64,000 nucleotides of DNA from Vicugna vicugna (taxonomy: Eukaryota), in NCBI GenBank assembly GCA_013265495.1, contig MU058065.1, positions 1,077,527 to 1,141,526 on the forward strand, in the 5' to 3' direction. The translations under genes were made by a program, and so were the position numbers. Below the pieces are notes generated by a model. That model ran no database searches, was not told the origin of the DNA, and saw nothing but the letters and a program-made list of their open reading frames with translations. This document shows, piece by piece, positions 15,500 to 27,673 of the stretch (its first letter is position 1; the number at the start of each line of letters is the position of its first letter).

Positions 15500-18010
15500 T
15501 TAGGCCAAGACAGCAGAGTAGAGAGACTCACAGCTCGCCCTCTCCCACAAATACACCAAGAATTACATCTACAAACCCACTGAATCACACAGAACACCTA
15601 CTGAACTCTGGAAGATTGTCTCTGACTTCAAAATACAGTAGGATTCTCACAAAACCCACCAGGAGGTCCACAGGGACAGATGCAGAGCTTCCAAGGCCTG
15701 CAGGAGAAAGTGGTAGCCACTTGGCAGACAGAATTAAGATAAACTGATAAGGAGGGTCTCTGAGATCCCCAGCCCTAGCTGGCAGGAAAAGGCTGGGATT
15801 GGCTGCTGGAGATCCATGAGGAGCCTGGGGAGAGAGTGGGGCCCACTGCACAGACACAGCCTCAGGGGACTGGAGGGTGGTGTGAACTCTGGCTGGGGGT
15901 GTATGTGGAATAGAAGAGCCTGGAACCCTCATAAAAAAGCAACACGGCTGGTGTGCATGGATGAGAGGGGCACAATGCAGCCGTGCCATAACCCCTGTCT
16001 CTGTTTGGCTCTACTGTTGGTGTGTTCTCATGAGAAGAGAGGTGGGGCTTGGTCATAATCAGCACTGCTGCATGGAGGCTGGACTGAAAGCTGAATTCAC
16101 ACCCAGTGGCCCTGCAACTTCACAGGCGGGACTGAGATTTATTTACAGCCCCAGGCAGAGAGGATGGATTTGCTCTCTCTGGATCCTTTGTGGATCTGCA
16201 CCTCTGGGACAAACAGGCAGTGAGCAGAGTTCTGGCACATGGCAGGAGCTAGTACAAGTATTTACAACAGGCTAGCACACCATATGATACCATATGCAGA
16301 GGCGGGACTTGGGGTCAGTGTTGACCTTGTGGCTTGCCACAGGTTCAGCTGCGTGACTGCACATTCACCAAGGTGGGTCCTAGCATCTGATGTTGGCAAT
16401 TCTGCACTGGTGGCTCCTGGGGCCCAAAACCTGGGGGGACACCAGAGCCAGTGGCCGATATTTCCACTCTAAGGCAGGGACAAAGAGTACTTTGTAAGCC
16501 CACATAACAAGTGACAGACAACACCACAGAGGGCACTTCCCAGTGGACATCTCCTTTGGAGGTACACTCAATGACTCTTCTTTCCAGCTGAAGTGCTCCA
16601 GCCCTGCCTCACACATCACAGCTCAGAAACAGGTCTAGAAGCTTCTATTCCAGCAACAGGGGAGCAGACTGGCCCCTGTCAAGGCTCTGACAAACACAGA
16701 ACGAAAAAGGAGGTCCCGCTCAGCAACAGTCAGGGCAAGTTCTGATCAACACACCACCGACCACACCCCCAGTCAAAGGGATAACAGCCAACACATAGGA
16801 AAGATGTGGCAACCATCCATACTAAGAACAGCCTTCTCAGCAAAACTGTTAGATGCACACAGTCCACACGGGAACACTCCCACTTCAAATAAACAAACAA
16901 ATAAAAAATAAAACAGCCCTTCAAGACCAAAGAAGATAACTAATACCCCTAAATCCATAGAGCCAGAGAAACATAAGTAAAATGAAGAAGCAGAGGAACT
17001 ACTCCCAATTAAAAGAAGTCCCCTGAAAGAATGAACAATGAGATAGACCTCAACAGTATACTAGATCATGACTTTAAAAGGGGAATGATGAAAGCACTGA
17101 AGGAAACAAGAGGGACTATGAATAGAGACAGAGAATACTGTGAAAGGAAATAGAAACTACAAAGAGGAGCCAATTAGAAACAGAAAACTCAATGGCTGAG
17201 ATAAGAGCTGAGCTAAAGGCAGTCAAGGCAGACTAGATAATGCAGAGGAATGAATAAGTGACTTAGAAGACAGAATAACAGAAGTCATCCAATCAGAATA
17301 GTAGACAAAAAAGCAAGGAACAACCAATGAAAGCAATAAAAGGGACCTATGGGGTAATATAAAGCATGCCAACTTAACACATAATAGAGGTCCTAGAAGA
17401 AGACGAAAGAGAAAAGGGGATTGAAAAAGTATTTGAAGAAATCATGACTGAAAACTTTCCAAACCTAAAGAAGGAAACATATCCAAGTACAGGAAGCACA
17501 GAGGGTCCCAAACAAGAAGAACCCAAACAGACCTACACAAAGACATATTACAATTAAGATGGCCACAGCCAAAGATAAACAAATGATTCTAAAGGCAGCA
17601 AGAGAAAAACAAAGAGTCAGTTATATGAAAATCCTCATAAGGCTTTCAACTGATTTCTCTACACAAACACTGCTAACCAGAAGGGAGTGGCAAGATACAG
17701 TCAGTCCTGAATAAGAAAAAGCTGCAACCTAGGATACTCTATCGGCAAGCCTATCCTTTAGAGCAGAAGTAGAGATAAAGAATTTCACAGACAAGCAAAA
17801 ACTGAAAGAATCCAGCAACACTAAACCCATCCTAAAAGGTCTACTCTAAATAGAAAAGAAGCAGGAAGCTATAGACATGAGAAAACCACAACTGGAAACG
17901 TGATAACTACAATGAGTTGCAAGAGAATAAATATGAAGATGTTAAAAAATATATATACATCAAAATCATAATAGGTTCAAGAGGGGAGTAAGAAAATACA
18001 GATTTTTTTT
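15500..18010 (+). mobile_element. L1 5' half: 5'UTR, decayed ORF1 (~16982-17849) and start of the inter-ORF spacer; no ORF2
   Basis: Starts ccaagacagcagagtag (CpG-decayed caagatggcggagtag). ORF1 begins MKKQRNYSQLKE and contains EKVFEEIMTENFPNL, QVQEAQRVP and ILKAAREKQRV, with stops and frameshifts. Confidence 0.88.
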
Positions 18011-18814
18011 TAGGAGTACTGAAAGACTAGTTTTATTTAGGAAAACAACCTAAATAAAGCTGTATGTCCGCATTTCTGCAGGTTCCCCAAACCAAAAACT
18101 CTCCTGGTTTTATCTGTGCATACCAGTCACCTCCACTCAGTGGTCAATCAAATGATACTTAGGACTTGCAAGCCAGGGAATATATGTATATATATTTAAC
18201 TGAGACATAGCTGAGTTATTACACTACTGGTTATAACTCTTTATCCCTTTGCTCAAATATTTTGAAGCCATCAGCTTTACAAGTTCCCAGTAGCTATCAT
18301 TTGTATCATCACTACCTGCAGAGAAGGGAAGCAAATAAGTTAATTTCCTGGGTCTTGAGGGGGGAAAAAACGTAATAACCAAAAAGCAGCCATGGCAAAT
18401 GCATGATGCCGAGCACCCAATAGAAGCTCAGTTGATTTGGATTCAACCCAGGGGGATATTATGCTAAAGGAAAGTAAACTGAGAGAAAAATCCGATTAAC
18501 GGTTGGAACATTCCCCGTGTCCCTCGGGAAGTTAACTTTGTAGAAGCTGAATCCCTGCGGTTCCACAGATACAGTCTACTGAGGATTATCCTTTGTAAAT
18601 CTGTCCTGGTTGCGACAGAAAGATAGAAATGTTTGTGATCTTCTAAAGTATCTGAGATCACAGAAGCAGTAGCATGGGATTACAGAGCCATACATCATCT
18701 CATTCAATTTTATTGACGTTGTGTTGATGTGTGCTAATGTCTCTAATGAAAACATAGCACCACCACCACCAACAACAACAATAATAATATAATCATAATA
18801 ATAAATGTGATAAT

Positions 18815-19010
18815 AATAGCATTAAATGCATTTTTGTATCAGGCAACGTGCTTTCGGGAGATTGTTTTATTGAATCTCCACAACATCCCTATGAGGCAAT
18901 ACTATTTATAAGCACCACTTTGCAGGCATTGAAATAACATTATAGAAAAACCAAATTATTTGCCCAAGTGGTAGAAACTGGCTTTGAACCCAGGGGATCT
19001 GACTCTAGTT
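18815..19010 (-). mobile_element. MIR SINE
   Basis: tctccacaacatccctatgagg...ttgcccaag...tttgaacccaggggatctgactctag is the reverse complement of the MIR core and head. Confidence 0.7.
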
Positions 19011-19129
19011 GCCATATTGTCAAAGAGCAATTTGCCGTTATGAATAATGGTGCATTTTTGTTTTACAAATATACAGTTAATAGGCTCTTAAGCCTTCTTT
19101 TGAATTACCAATACTCTTCCACGAAGAGC

Positions 19130-19330
19130 TCCAATCCCAGTTTGGTGGCTGTGTAACCTTGGGTAAGTCAACTCTAACCTCTTTTAGCCTCACTGAACTC
19201 AACTGTTAAGTGAATATAATGACACTTGTTCACAGGATGCTGTGAGGATTTAAAGACACTCCACTTGAAGAGTTCAGCATACTGCCTGGGCCATAGGGAG
19301 GGCTGAGAAAGTAAAACCAATATCATTATC
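19130..19330 (+). mobile_element. MIR SINE
   Basis: gctgtgtaaccttgggtaagtca...gatgctgtgaggattt...tgcctgggccatag. Confidence 0.65.
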
Positions 19331-21000
19331 AGTTACCATCAGTATTCATAAAAAAACTCTCTATGTTGGAAGATACATAATGGGAGCGGCTGCTTTCACG
19401 CATACTTCACATTTATTTAGCACTGAGCTATAAAAATTAATGGTGCTGATGCCGGAGAGCCTACCAGTTCTGGGAAATTGTAAAATGAGTGATTGCCTAA
19501 ATAAATATAGATTTTATGTTCAGTGAACTATGAGATCGATATTTCAGTTTCCTTTGGAATCAGGGTGATATCTTATGTATGGCCACACAGTAGAAGTAAA
19601 TTTATTTTGAAAGATGTAATCTTTCCTTTAGAGTTATATGGGCTTTGGGGTTTTCTGGACCTTCTCATTTCAGTGGTGACACTCTTAGTTTCTTATCAAC
19701 TTACATTAAAAAGAAAAAAGATGATTTTCCTCGAGTGAGTTTTAATTTTAAAATTAAAATCAAAACAAAAGAGTCGAAGAGTCAGTGTAGGATGGAAGCA
19801 CAGCATACGTGGGCAACGCAGAAAACTCAACAGATTAACACCTTTAATTCAAACCCTCCTTTTCCCAAACCATAGATGTGCCCTTTAGCGTTTGCAAAAT
19901 GAGATCTGGGAGCTGCCTTCTGGGCTTTTCAAACTTAAGAACAGTGTGACTAGATTGTAAAAAAAGAGGAAGAGAATACTTTCAAAAGATGAGGTGGGCT
20001 CATCTCAAGAACATTCTAGTGTTTTATGCTTTATGCATATAATGAGCATGTAAATTTTTAATACTTATGCCATTCAGTTCTGGATACTACAGATACTCCA
20101 TTATCCCTGTCTAAGTCTACCTTCCAGTTTTTGCAGATGGGGATTGGAAAAGGGAAAGAATTTCCTTCTGTTTGTTTACAATTTTTTAGTCTTGATGACC
20201 CCATACTTCTTCTTCAGCAGACCCTCTATATACGCTCCATTTACCTTTCCGTAAATTCAAATGAGGGAAATGGTCTCATTCAGGACTGGGTGGTGTGACC
20301 CAGGCCAGAACTTCATTGACCAGGAGGAACAGACACAGGTCATTTTTGGTACTGAGTTTTCAGGGATCACCAAAAACACAACCCAAACTGAAGGAGCATT
20401 GGACAATGGGAGAGCGTAAGCCCTGGCTTTCGGACCCGAGGCCTCAGATCAGCTTTGCTCTCTTCTTTCTCATATTATTTGGCAGTTATGTTTAATCCAC
20501 AGTAATTCAGAGCTGGGCTCCAGACAGGCCAGGAGTGGACCGTGGGTAGCCGCATCCTAGAGAAGACTGCAGCCTTCCTCACCCTGGATGACTTCATGGG
20601 CCATGTGTGAATCTGGCCTTTAATTATTCAGAAACTTATGACAACCGTAGGGGTTATTATTTGGTTTCAATTTGAGCTTTGGGTTTCTTTTCTTTTCTTT
20701 ATAGTGAAGTCATCAGGATGGCATGAATTCTGAACCTAAAATGTAAGAGATAAGAGGGATTATGGTATTCCCAGTCTGCATTGTTCTCATACTATTGTCT
20801 TCAGATTACTTCCCCTATTTTTAATCTTTTTTTTTAACCCCCAAATCATACTTTAAACATCTAATTTAAACATCAGCCTGGAATCTTAATCTGAAAGTTA
20901 AACTTCAACTCATAGATATTTTGTGTAATAATACTGAGAATTTAGAGACATGCTCTAATCCTAGACTCAGAGTGTATTTTCAAACTCAAATCTGAATTTC

Positions 21001-21130
21001 TGTGCATGTGTACACATATACACATATGTAGGTATATACACACACACTGTATGTGCATGTATGCATGCGTATGTGTGTATGTATACTCATGCACATATGT
21101 GTGTGTGTAACATATGTATTATGTATACTT
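21001..21130. repeat. Degenerate alternating purine-pyrimidine (TG/CA/TA) microsatellite
   Basis: tgtgcatgtgtacacatatacacatatg...gtgtgtgtgtaacatatg. Confidence 0.85.
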
Positions 21131-23112
21131 GTGAGTTTATCTATTCCCTGTGCACCCAGAAATGCCCTGCTTTGTGATAAAGAAAATGCCTGATCAGATC
21201 CTTTACACATGAAGCTGTAATTACTACAGTCAGTTAGCTCTGACTGTGTCATGGATCCACTCTCCAACCCTTGTTCAAAACCTAGCGATGACTTCCCATA
21301 ATCATTATGATAAAGTCTCCCACCACAAGGCTGAGGTCCCTTTCTCCAAACACATTTTACAGTGCTCGTCCCTTTGAGAACTCCTTTCAGCCAGAAGGTT
21401 TTTTTTTTTTTTGGTGATTAGGGCCGAAAAAGTGCTTCCTCAACTGAATGCAGTCCCGCCAGGTGCTCCCTACATCCAGAAGGCTGTTCCCAGCGCCCTC
21501 TGCTCCCCTCGTTATGCCTTAATTGAAGTTTAAGTCTTGGCTTAATTTTCACTCAGGGATCTCTTTCTTAGAAATTCAATCTAAAAATAATCTCCCCTGG
21601 AACCCTCCTCTTTTCTGTGCCCCCCATTTCTAGGTGCATGTTTCTCTGCATTACCAAATTGATGGTTTACCGTCCTATCAACGTGAGGAAAATCGTGTTC
21701 ATCCTCCTCACCTCTGAAGCCCCAGCTCACAGCACATTGCTTGTATTAGAACAGAATTTAAAATGTTGCAAAGCTACAAGGGAAAAGATGTATTCCTTCT
21801 AAATACCTGTGATGAATTTCATTTCAGAACTACTTTGCTGTGAAGTCGACAAGTGGGTAGACCTTGTCTCACCATCAGACGTCTTATCTGTGATCCAGGT
21901 AGGAGGAACGAATTGTAGGATGAGAAGCAGTGAAGGCTGTCACAACTAAAAGAGGAGAAAAGATGGGGTCCAGCTTTACCCAGGCTGAGAAGGTGGTACA
22001 GGCAGAGATATGACTGCTACAGAGAAGCTTAATGCTGGAGCCGTGCAAGATGGGACATCACATGGTGCGGGGGAGTCAGTCCTAACAGGAAGGAGGTTCA
22101 GGGTGGTGTCCTGGTTCCTCAGCAGGCACAAACTATACAGAACAAGCACACAAGGTAACTGGGAACATCGCTGCCTCTTCCATTTCCTCGACTCTGAACG
22201 TTCTCAAGTAAATTTGCTCCTACTGTGCTTTTCAAATAGCACAAAGAGCCAAACAGGGAAGACAAACTGTTCTCAGCCAATACAAATGTTGGTGTTACCT
22301 TGGAGATAAGGATCCTTAGCAATCAAACCCGTGTCCTAAAAACCTCCCACAATCACCCTAAAGTACACAGCACTTAGAGCAGAGAATAAGAGCATTCCAG
22401 TGGGGTCTTCTGGCATGCTGCTCGACGCTATAAAGGAAATTCCGGAGTCACGGAGATAATTGAGACATTGGACACATATGGTAAATACCCTTAGATTGAG
22501 CAGGAAGCCACATGCCTTGGATTTCTCACATTTTTCTGTGTATTTCTGTGAACAGATTCGAAGGAGAATTGTTTTCCTCGTTCACGTATCATTTGTCAGA
22601 CTCCCACACAAAGCAAGAGCAGAGGCTGTTCTCTCCCCCAGTGACTTTGCCACTTACAGGGGAAACAAAACACGTAATAATTTCGAAGTATTTACCAGCA
22701 AGTGAGACTCAAAACTGACAAAACCAGCAGGAAAAGCACCCGTAATCCACGTGCCGGGCCCCCTCTTTCCTGCCCCACCCCGTCTTCCACATTTCTAGGG
22801 AGCCATTCTTCACAATCTAATCTTTTCACGAAGGTCCCTTTCTGCCCACAGCTTTTCAAAAAGCAGGAAGCCAGACTTTAATTATTTCTTCTGCCTTATA
22901 CGTTCACTGCCACAAATTTGGTGAAAGCGTGTTCCAGACACAGAGCCAAATTGAAGGAAACAGATGACAAGATGTGGCCCCTAATCCCAGGACCCAGTCC
23001 TCTGGGGTGAGCAGATGACAACTTTTAATTTCTAAATAACGTAATATGTGCAACAACAGAATGAGATATGCAGGTAACTACCCTAGCTGGCAGAAGGAGA
23101 GTAATTCATTTG

Positions 23113-23217
23113 ATTTATTTATTTACTATTATTTTTTTTAATGGAGCTAGTGGGGGTTGAACCCAGGGCCTTATGCATGCTAAGCACGTGCTGTACCACT
23201 GAGCTATACCCTCCCCC
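23113..23217 (-). mobile_element. Vic-1-type camelid tRNA-Ala-derived SINE
   Basis: Minus strand ggggagggtatagctcagtggtacagcacgtgcttagcatgcataaggccctgggttcaacccccactagctccatt plus A-rich tail; Pol III A and B boxes, AGC anticodon remnant, no proper acceptor stem. Confidence 0.85.
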
Positions 23218-23559
23218 GCAAAGCTATACTGATTTTTATATTGCAGCTACCTAGGGGAACTGTCCCTGAGCTCCCGCTAATGGTCCCCCCTTCACTCGTG
23301 GTGGCACTATCACAGTAAGCCATAACCACTTCTATGCTTGCCTGTGTCCTCCCCGGAATGTTCATTAGATGAGATCCCTGCCTCTCTTCACCTCCTTACA
23401 CACCCAGCGGCCAGCCAGGGCTCTGGGATGTCACAGGAGCTTTAAGATATTTGTTGAACAGGTGATTGCAATGAGTCAAAGTTGGAGACGTTTTGGCATC
23501 CTTATTCACTGTGTCGTAACGCTGGGCACTAACACACACCTGTCTAATTGTCCATCTTT

Positions 23560-24020
23560 CCAACTTCTTCTCCGACCCACATGCTTCTTGCTCACCCTGC
23601 TCCCGCCACACTGACCTCCTTCCTATTCCTGACCGCCAAGCACATTCTCATTTTAGGACCTTTGCGTTTGCTCTTCCCTCTGCCTGCAATGTTCCTCCTG
23701 CAGACATCTGCAAGGCTCGCTCCATCGCCTCATTTCAATTCTCCCCAGAGGGTTTTCTCCCACCTTCTCGTCTAAAATAGTCATTCCCCTGCCTCCTCAC
23801 CCCCTCACCACTGCTCACTTTCTTTTTATCTTCATAGCACTTATCATTAGCTGCCGGCATATCACAGATTTATGTGTACTTGGGGCTTGTCTGCCTCCCC
23901 ACCCCAGGACAGAAACTTCGTGATGTTTCGGACCTGTCTTTAGGCACCACTATACCCTCTGGGCCTGCAAAAGTGCTTGCCGTCTATTAATTGCTCAAAA
24001 AATATTTACTGAATTGATCA
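23560..24020 (+). mobile_element. L2a-like 3' end
   Basis: gccacactgacctccttcctattcctga...aggacctttgcgtttgctcttccctctgcctg...ctcaaaaaatatttactgaattga. Confidence 0.8.
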
Positions 24021-25107
24021 TTCATGAGAAGCCACACACACACAAAATGTTTTGGTAAGGGACTCCCTCGTAAACTGCATCCATGCCATCTTGAACTTCT
24101 ACAGAAAATCTGTTCACAGACGCTGGTACGAAATGTGTGGACAGTTTTAAAATAATAAAAAATAAGAAAGGATACTAGAACGGATCAAGCAAAAAACAAC
24201 ATGGATGATAATCATTTTTTCTGCCCCTTGGTCCACCAAATCCCCTCGAGTCTGCTGAGCCGAGGTCCACACGTGAAATTCTGACCACGTGGCAAATCTC
24301 CTGCTAGTTCCTGCCTGCAGGAGAGAGTTTCTGCTCTAGCTGAACAATTACACCCTCTAAAAACATGCCCGATCATCTGGATACAAATGTAATATTTTAT
24401 TGGTAGAAAGATACCACTTAATTACCCAGATCCTTTCCAAATTTTGCTGTGATTATGGCTTGTTGAAAGAAACCATGCAGTTTTGGTGGGCAGTTCAGCG
24501 TCCTGTATAATGCCTTGAAAAGTTCATTTGCTTTGCCTGGAAGATTGCCCTGGTAGGCGTGGATTCCAAGGAAATATTCAGTCATATATAAAAAGATACA
24601 TACAAGAATCTATATTGCAGTGTTGATTTCCTCAAAATAAGCTAGAAACAACATAAATATCTGACAAAAGTATTGTGTACCTAAGTCATGAGACATTATA
24701 GCTATATAATGGGCTTTGCAAATATAAAACCAACATTGTGATAATATGCCTTTTGACATAGAAAGATGGTCATGTCTACAAGTTATATTTTTGTATGTAT
24801 TATACCCTCTATATTTATTTTTCTATGACTTGGAGGATTGCGGCTGTTCTTTATCATTGTTTTTCCATGTGTATATATTCATGTCATAATCAGGTATCAC
24901 TTTTTAAATAATTATAATAAGATAAAAACGGGGACAAGATTTTTTTAAAGTGCACCCTTTCGATGGATATCATGCATCTGTAACAGAGCAATAGCTTCCT
25001 CAAGGGGATAGACATTGGTTCTCAAGGCAGGAGCAAAATATTTTTTTCTTTTCATGTATAAAGCACAGATAAACATACAGCACATCAATGGATATTCAGG
25101 ATATCAG

Positions 25108-25571
25108 TGTAACCCAGCAGGACCCTGGGGGGCTTCTAGGGACAGACCTCTCCCCCATATCCTTTGCTGTAGTTCTTCTCAGAAGTACCCAGGTAACAGT
25201 ATCTCATGTATATTTCCTGAGTTTTTCAGAGGCTTAAAACCACCACCAAAGGGAAGAAATTAACTACTTAATGATCGAGCCCCCAGACCTTCTGGCGCCT
25301 AAGGGTTAATAGTGTTCACCACCTCGTTCCCTCAGCATCAACCAGAGTGCTGTGCACGAGCTGATCAGTACCCTGTGACACCCCCCTCCCTTACCTGGCC
25401 TTTAAATATACTTTGCTGAAACCCTTCAGGGAGCTGGGGTTTTTCTTGGGCATAAGCCACCCCATCCTCCTTGCTTGACCCTGCAAGAAACCTTTCTCTG
25501 CTCCAAACTCTGATGTTTCAGTTTGTTTGGCCTCATGGTGCGTCGGGCACATAAACTCGCCTTCAGTAACA
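25108..25571 (+). mobile_element. ERV1-class solo LTR (464 bp)
   Basis: TGTAAC...GTAACA termini; exact 4-bp TSD TCAG (25104-25107, 25572-25575); TATA-like tttaaata at ~25401. Confidence 0.85.
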
Positions 25572-26608
25572 TCAGTGGTGTTAAAATATCATGGGAGGAT
25601 GGTGAGGGAGCATATGTCTAGAAAGACTCCTCATGGAGGTGATGATGAAGAAATGGGTGAGAAACCCCACTTCATTGCAATCCCAAATTCCTAATCTTAT
25701 GTTTCTGTATCTTTTTGGAAATACTGAAGTGCCTTCCATTTGTTTTGCACAGAATTACTCCTCCTCTCTTCCAGTAAGTGCAGGCTTAAATCTAACCGAA
25801 GGCACTGAGGGCGGGGCTGTGCAGAAATTCACGAGGAGTTTCTGAAAAGAAGTACAGGAATGAGGTTACGAGATCACTAACGGCAAAGAGCTCCAGCTTA
25901 GGAGAGAGTTAACTGCAACATCCAGCCAGCCACTTTGGGCATCTCGAAAGCAGTCCTCAGACATAGTTCAGCTTTTTTCTAATTGAGGTCAGACAACGGG
26001 AGGCTTTCACTAACTCCTAGACATAGCGTCTTTTTTTTTTTTTTGGCATTTGTACAATGCCTTCATTTAAGACCTTCCTTAAAAGCATCCTCTCGGTGAT
26101 AAACGAGCGACAGGGTTGGCAAGCCTTTCCTCCGCTGACACTCATATTTCAGAAAGTCAGGATTATGATTAGAGGAACACAATATCAAAGCCAGGGCCCA
26201 GATCAGTCCCCAGAGCAAGAGCAGCTGAAATTAGAATTCTCACCAGAGTTTCCTCCCAGGAACAATTTGGAATCCGTCAAACGGACAGAAGGGGAGGATG
26301 CTAAAACATAAACAATGAAAGGGGAGAAAAGACGGCCTCCACCGCCCAGTATAATAAAAACAATTTCTCCAGGTTGTCACAGAACGTCCTCGTGAGGGGA
26401 TTCAAGTTCCAGCTACAAAAACCAAACAGGCGGGAGTTTTCCGGTAACAAGTCATGAAGAGTCCTCAGCCCCCAGATGCACTGAGTCCTCGGTCAGAAGC
26501 TGAGTGGTGTCACGGCGCTAAGAAAACACTTTTATTATCCTTGTGCATTCCCAGGAATCAGTATAGAGCACACATTTGTGGAAATCAGTCACAGATTTAA
26601 AGTAAAGC

Positions 26609-27132
26609 TGTGGTAGGGAGAAACATGGCGGACCCACAGATGCCCATGTCCTAAAATCTGGAAGTTATGAATTCATGACCTTTCATGACCAAGGGGACTT
26701 TGAAGATATGATTAAGGCTAAGGAGTCTGCGATGAAGAGATGCAGCAAGTGCATCTAATTAGATGAAGAGATGCAGTGAGTCTCATGAACCTTTAAAGCA
26801 GAGGGTCCGTCCCAGGGGTGTGGTCAGAGAAAGTGATGTGATGATGGAAGATGGTCAAAGAGATGTGTCCTGAGGACTCGCCAGCTATTGCTGGCTTTGG
26901 GGATAGAGGAAGAAAGCCACAAACCAAGGACTTTATGTGGCCTCTTGAAGCTGGAAAAGTCAAAGAAAGGGATTCTGCCTTACGGCCTCCAGAAAGGAAT
27001 GTAGCCCTGCTGACACCTTGATTTTAGCCCAGTGAGGCTGGTGATGGACAGAGTTATCTGAGAATGAATTGATGTTATTTTAACCACTAGGTCTGTGGTC
27101 TTTTGTTACAGCAGTAAGAGGAAACTAATATG
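26609..27132 (+). mobile_element. MaLR LTR (MLT1D-like)
   Basis: tgtggtagg...cctccagaaaggaatgtagccctgctgacaccttgattttagcccagtgag...ttgttacagcagtaagaggaaactaata. Confidence 0.85.
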
Positions 27133-27387
27133 AAGCCAAGAGTGGAAATCTCAAATCCTCATTTCATCATCTACCACACGAGCTCTTAATCATAATCCAA
27201 AATACCTTGAATGTTGGTGGGGGAAAGTTAGTTCTCCCTCCACAGACGTATTACCCTCTTGAAGAATCACCCCAGTCAGCATCCAAAACAGTATGGACAC
27301 AGGGCAGGAAAACCAGGGTAAAAAAGAACACTTCTGAGAATCCTTGTTCAGTTTTTCCTGGATCATTTAAATTAGTACCATTTGTCT

Positions 27388-27673
27388 TGTTGGAGGTTTA
27401 CAGGAACATCGTGACCTGACCTAGTAGACAGCTGCAAGAACAAAGGATTCCGACACCAAGAGGTTTGCAATAACCAACCACACCCCTCCCCTTTTTAGTA
27501 TGAAAGGAGCCTGAATTCCAACTCGGGGAAGATGGTTCTCCAGGACATTAGTCTGCCATCTTCTCGGTCTGCTGGCTTTCCAAATAGAGTCATTTCTTCC
27601 TTGCCTCAACACCTCATCTCCTGATTTATTGGCCTATTATGCGGTGAGCAGAATGAGTTTGGACTTGGTAATA
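27388..27673 (+). mobile_element. MER41-like ERV1 LTR (short or partial)
   Basis: 3' part gtctgccatcttctcggtctgctggctttccaaatagagtc...ccttgcctcaacacctc...gatttattggcct...gcggtgagcag...ggacttggtaata resembles MER41 ends; 5' boundary uncertain. Confidence 0.7.

Noticed and set aside
13866..18010. Circularly permuted L1 (3' part followed by 5' part)
   Set aside because: The first piece has its own 17-bp TSD and ~190 bp of unrelated sequence separates the two, so these are two insertions.
23140..23217. tRNA-Ala gene
   Set aside because: No proper acceptor stem and an A-rich tail; it is a SINE.
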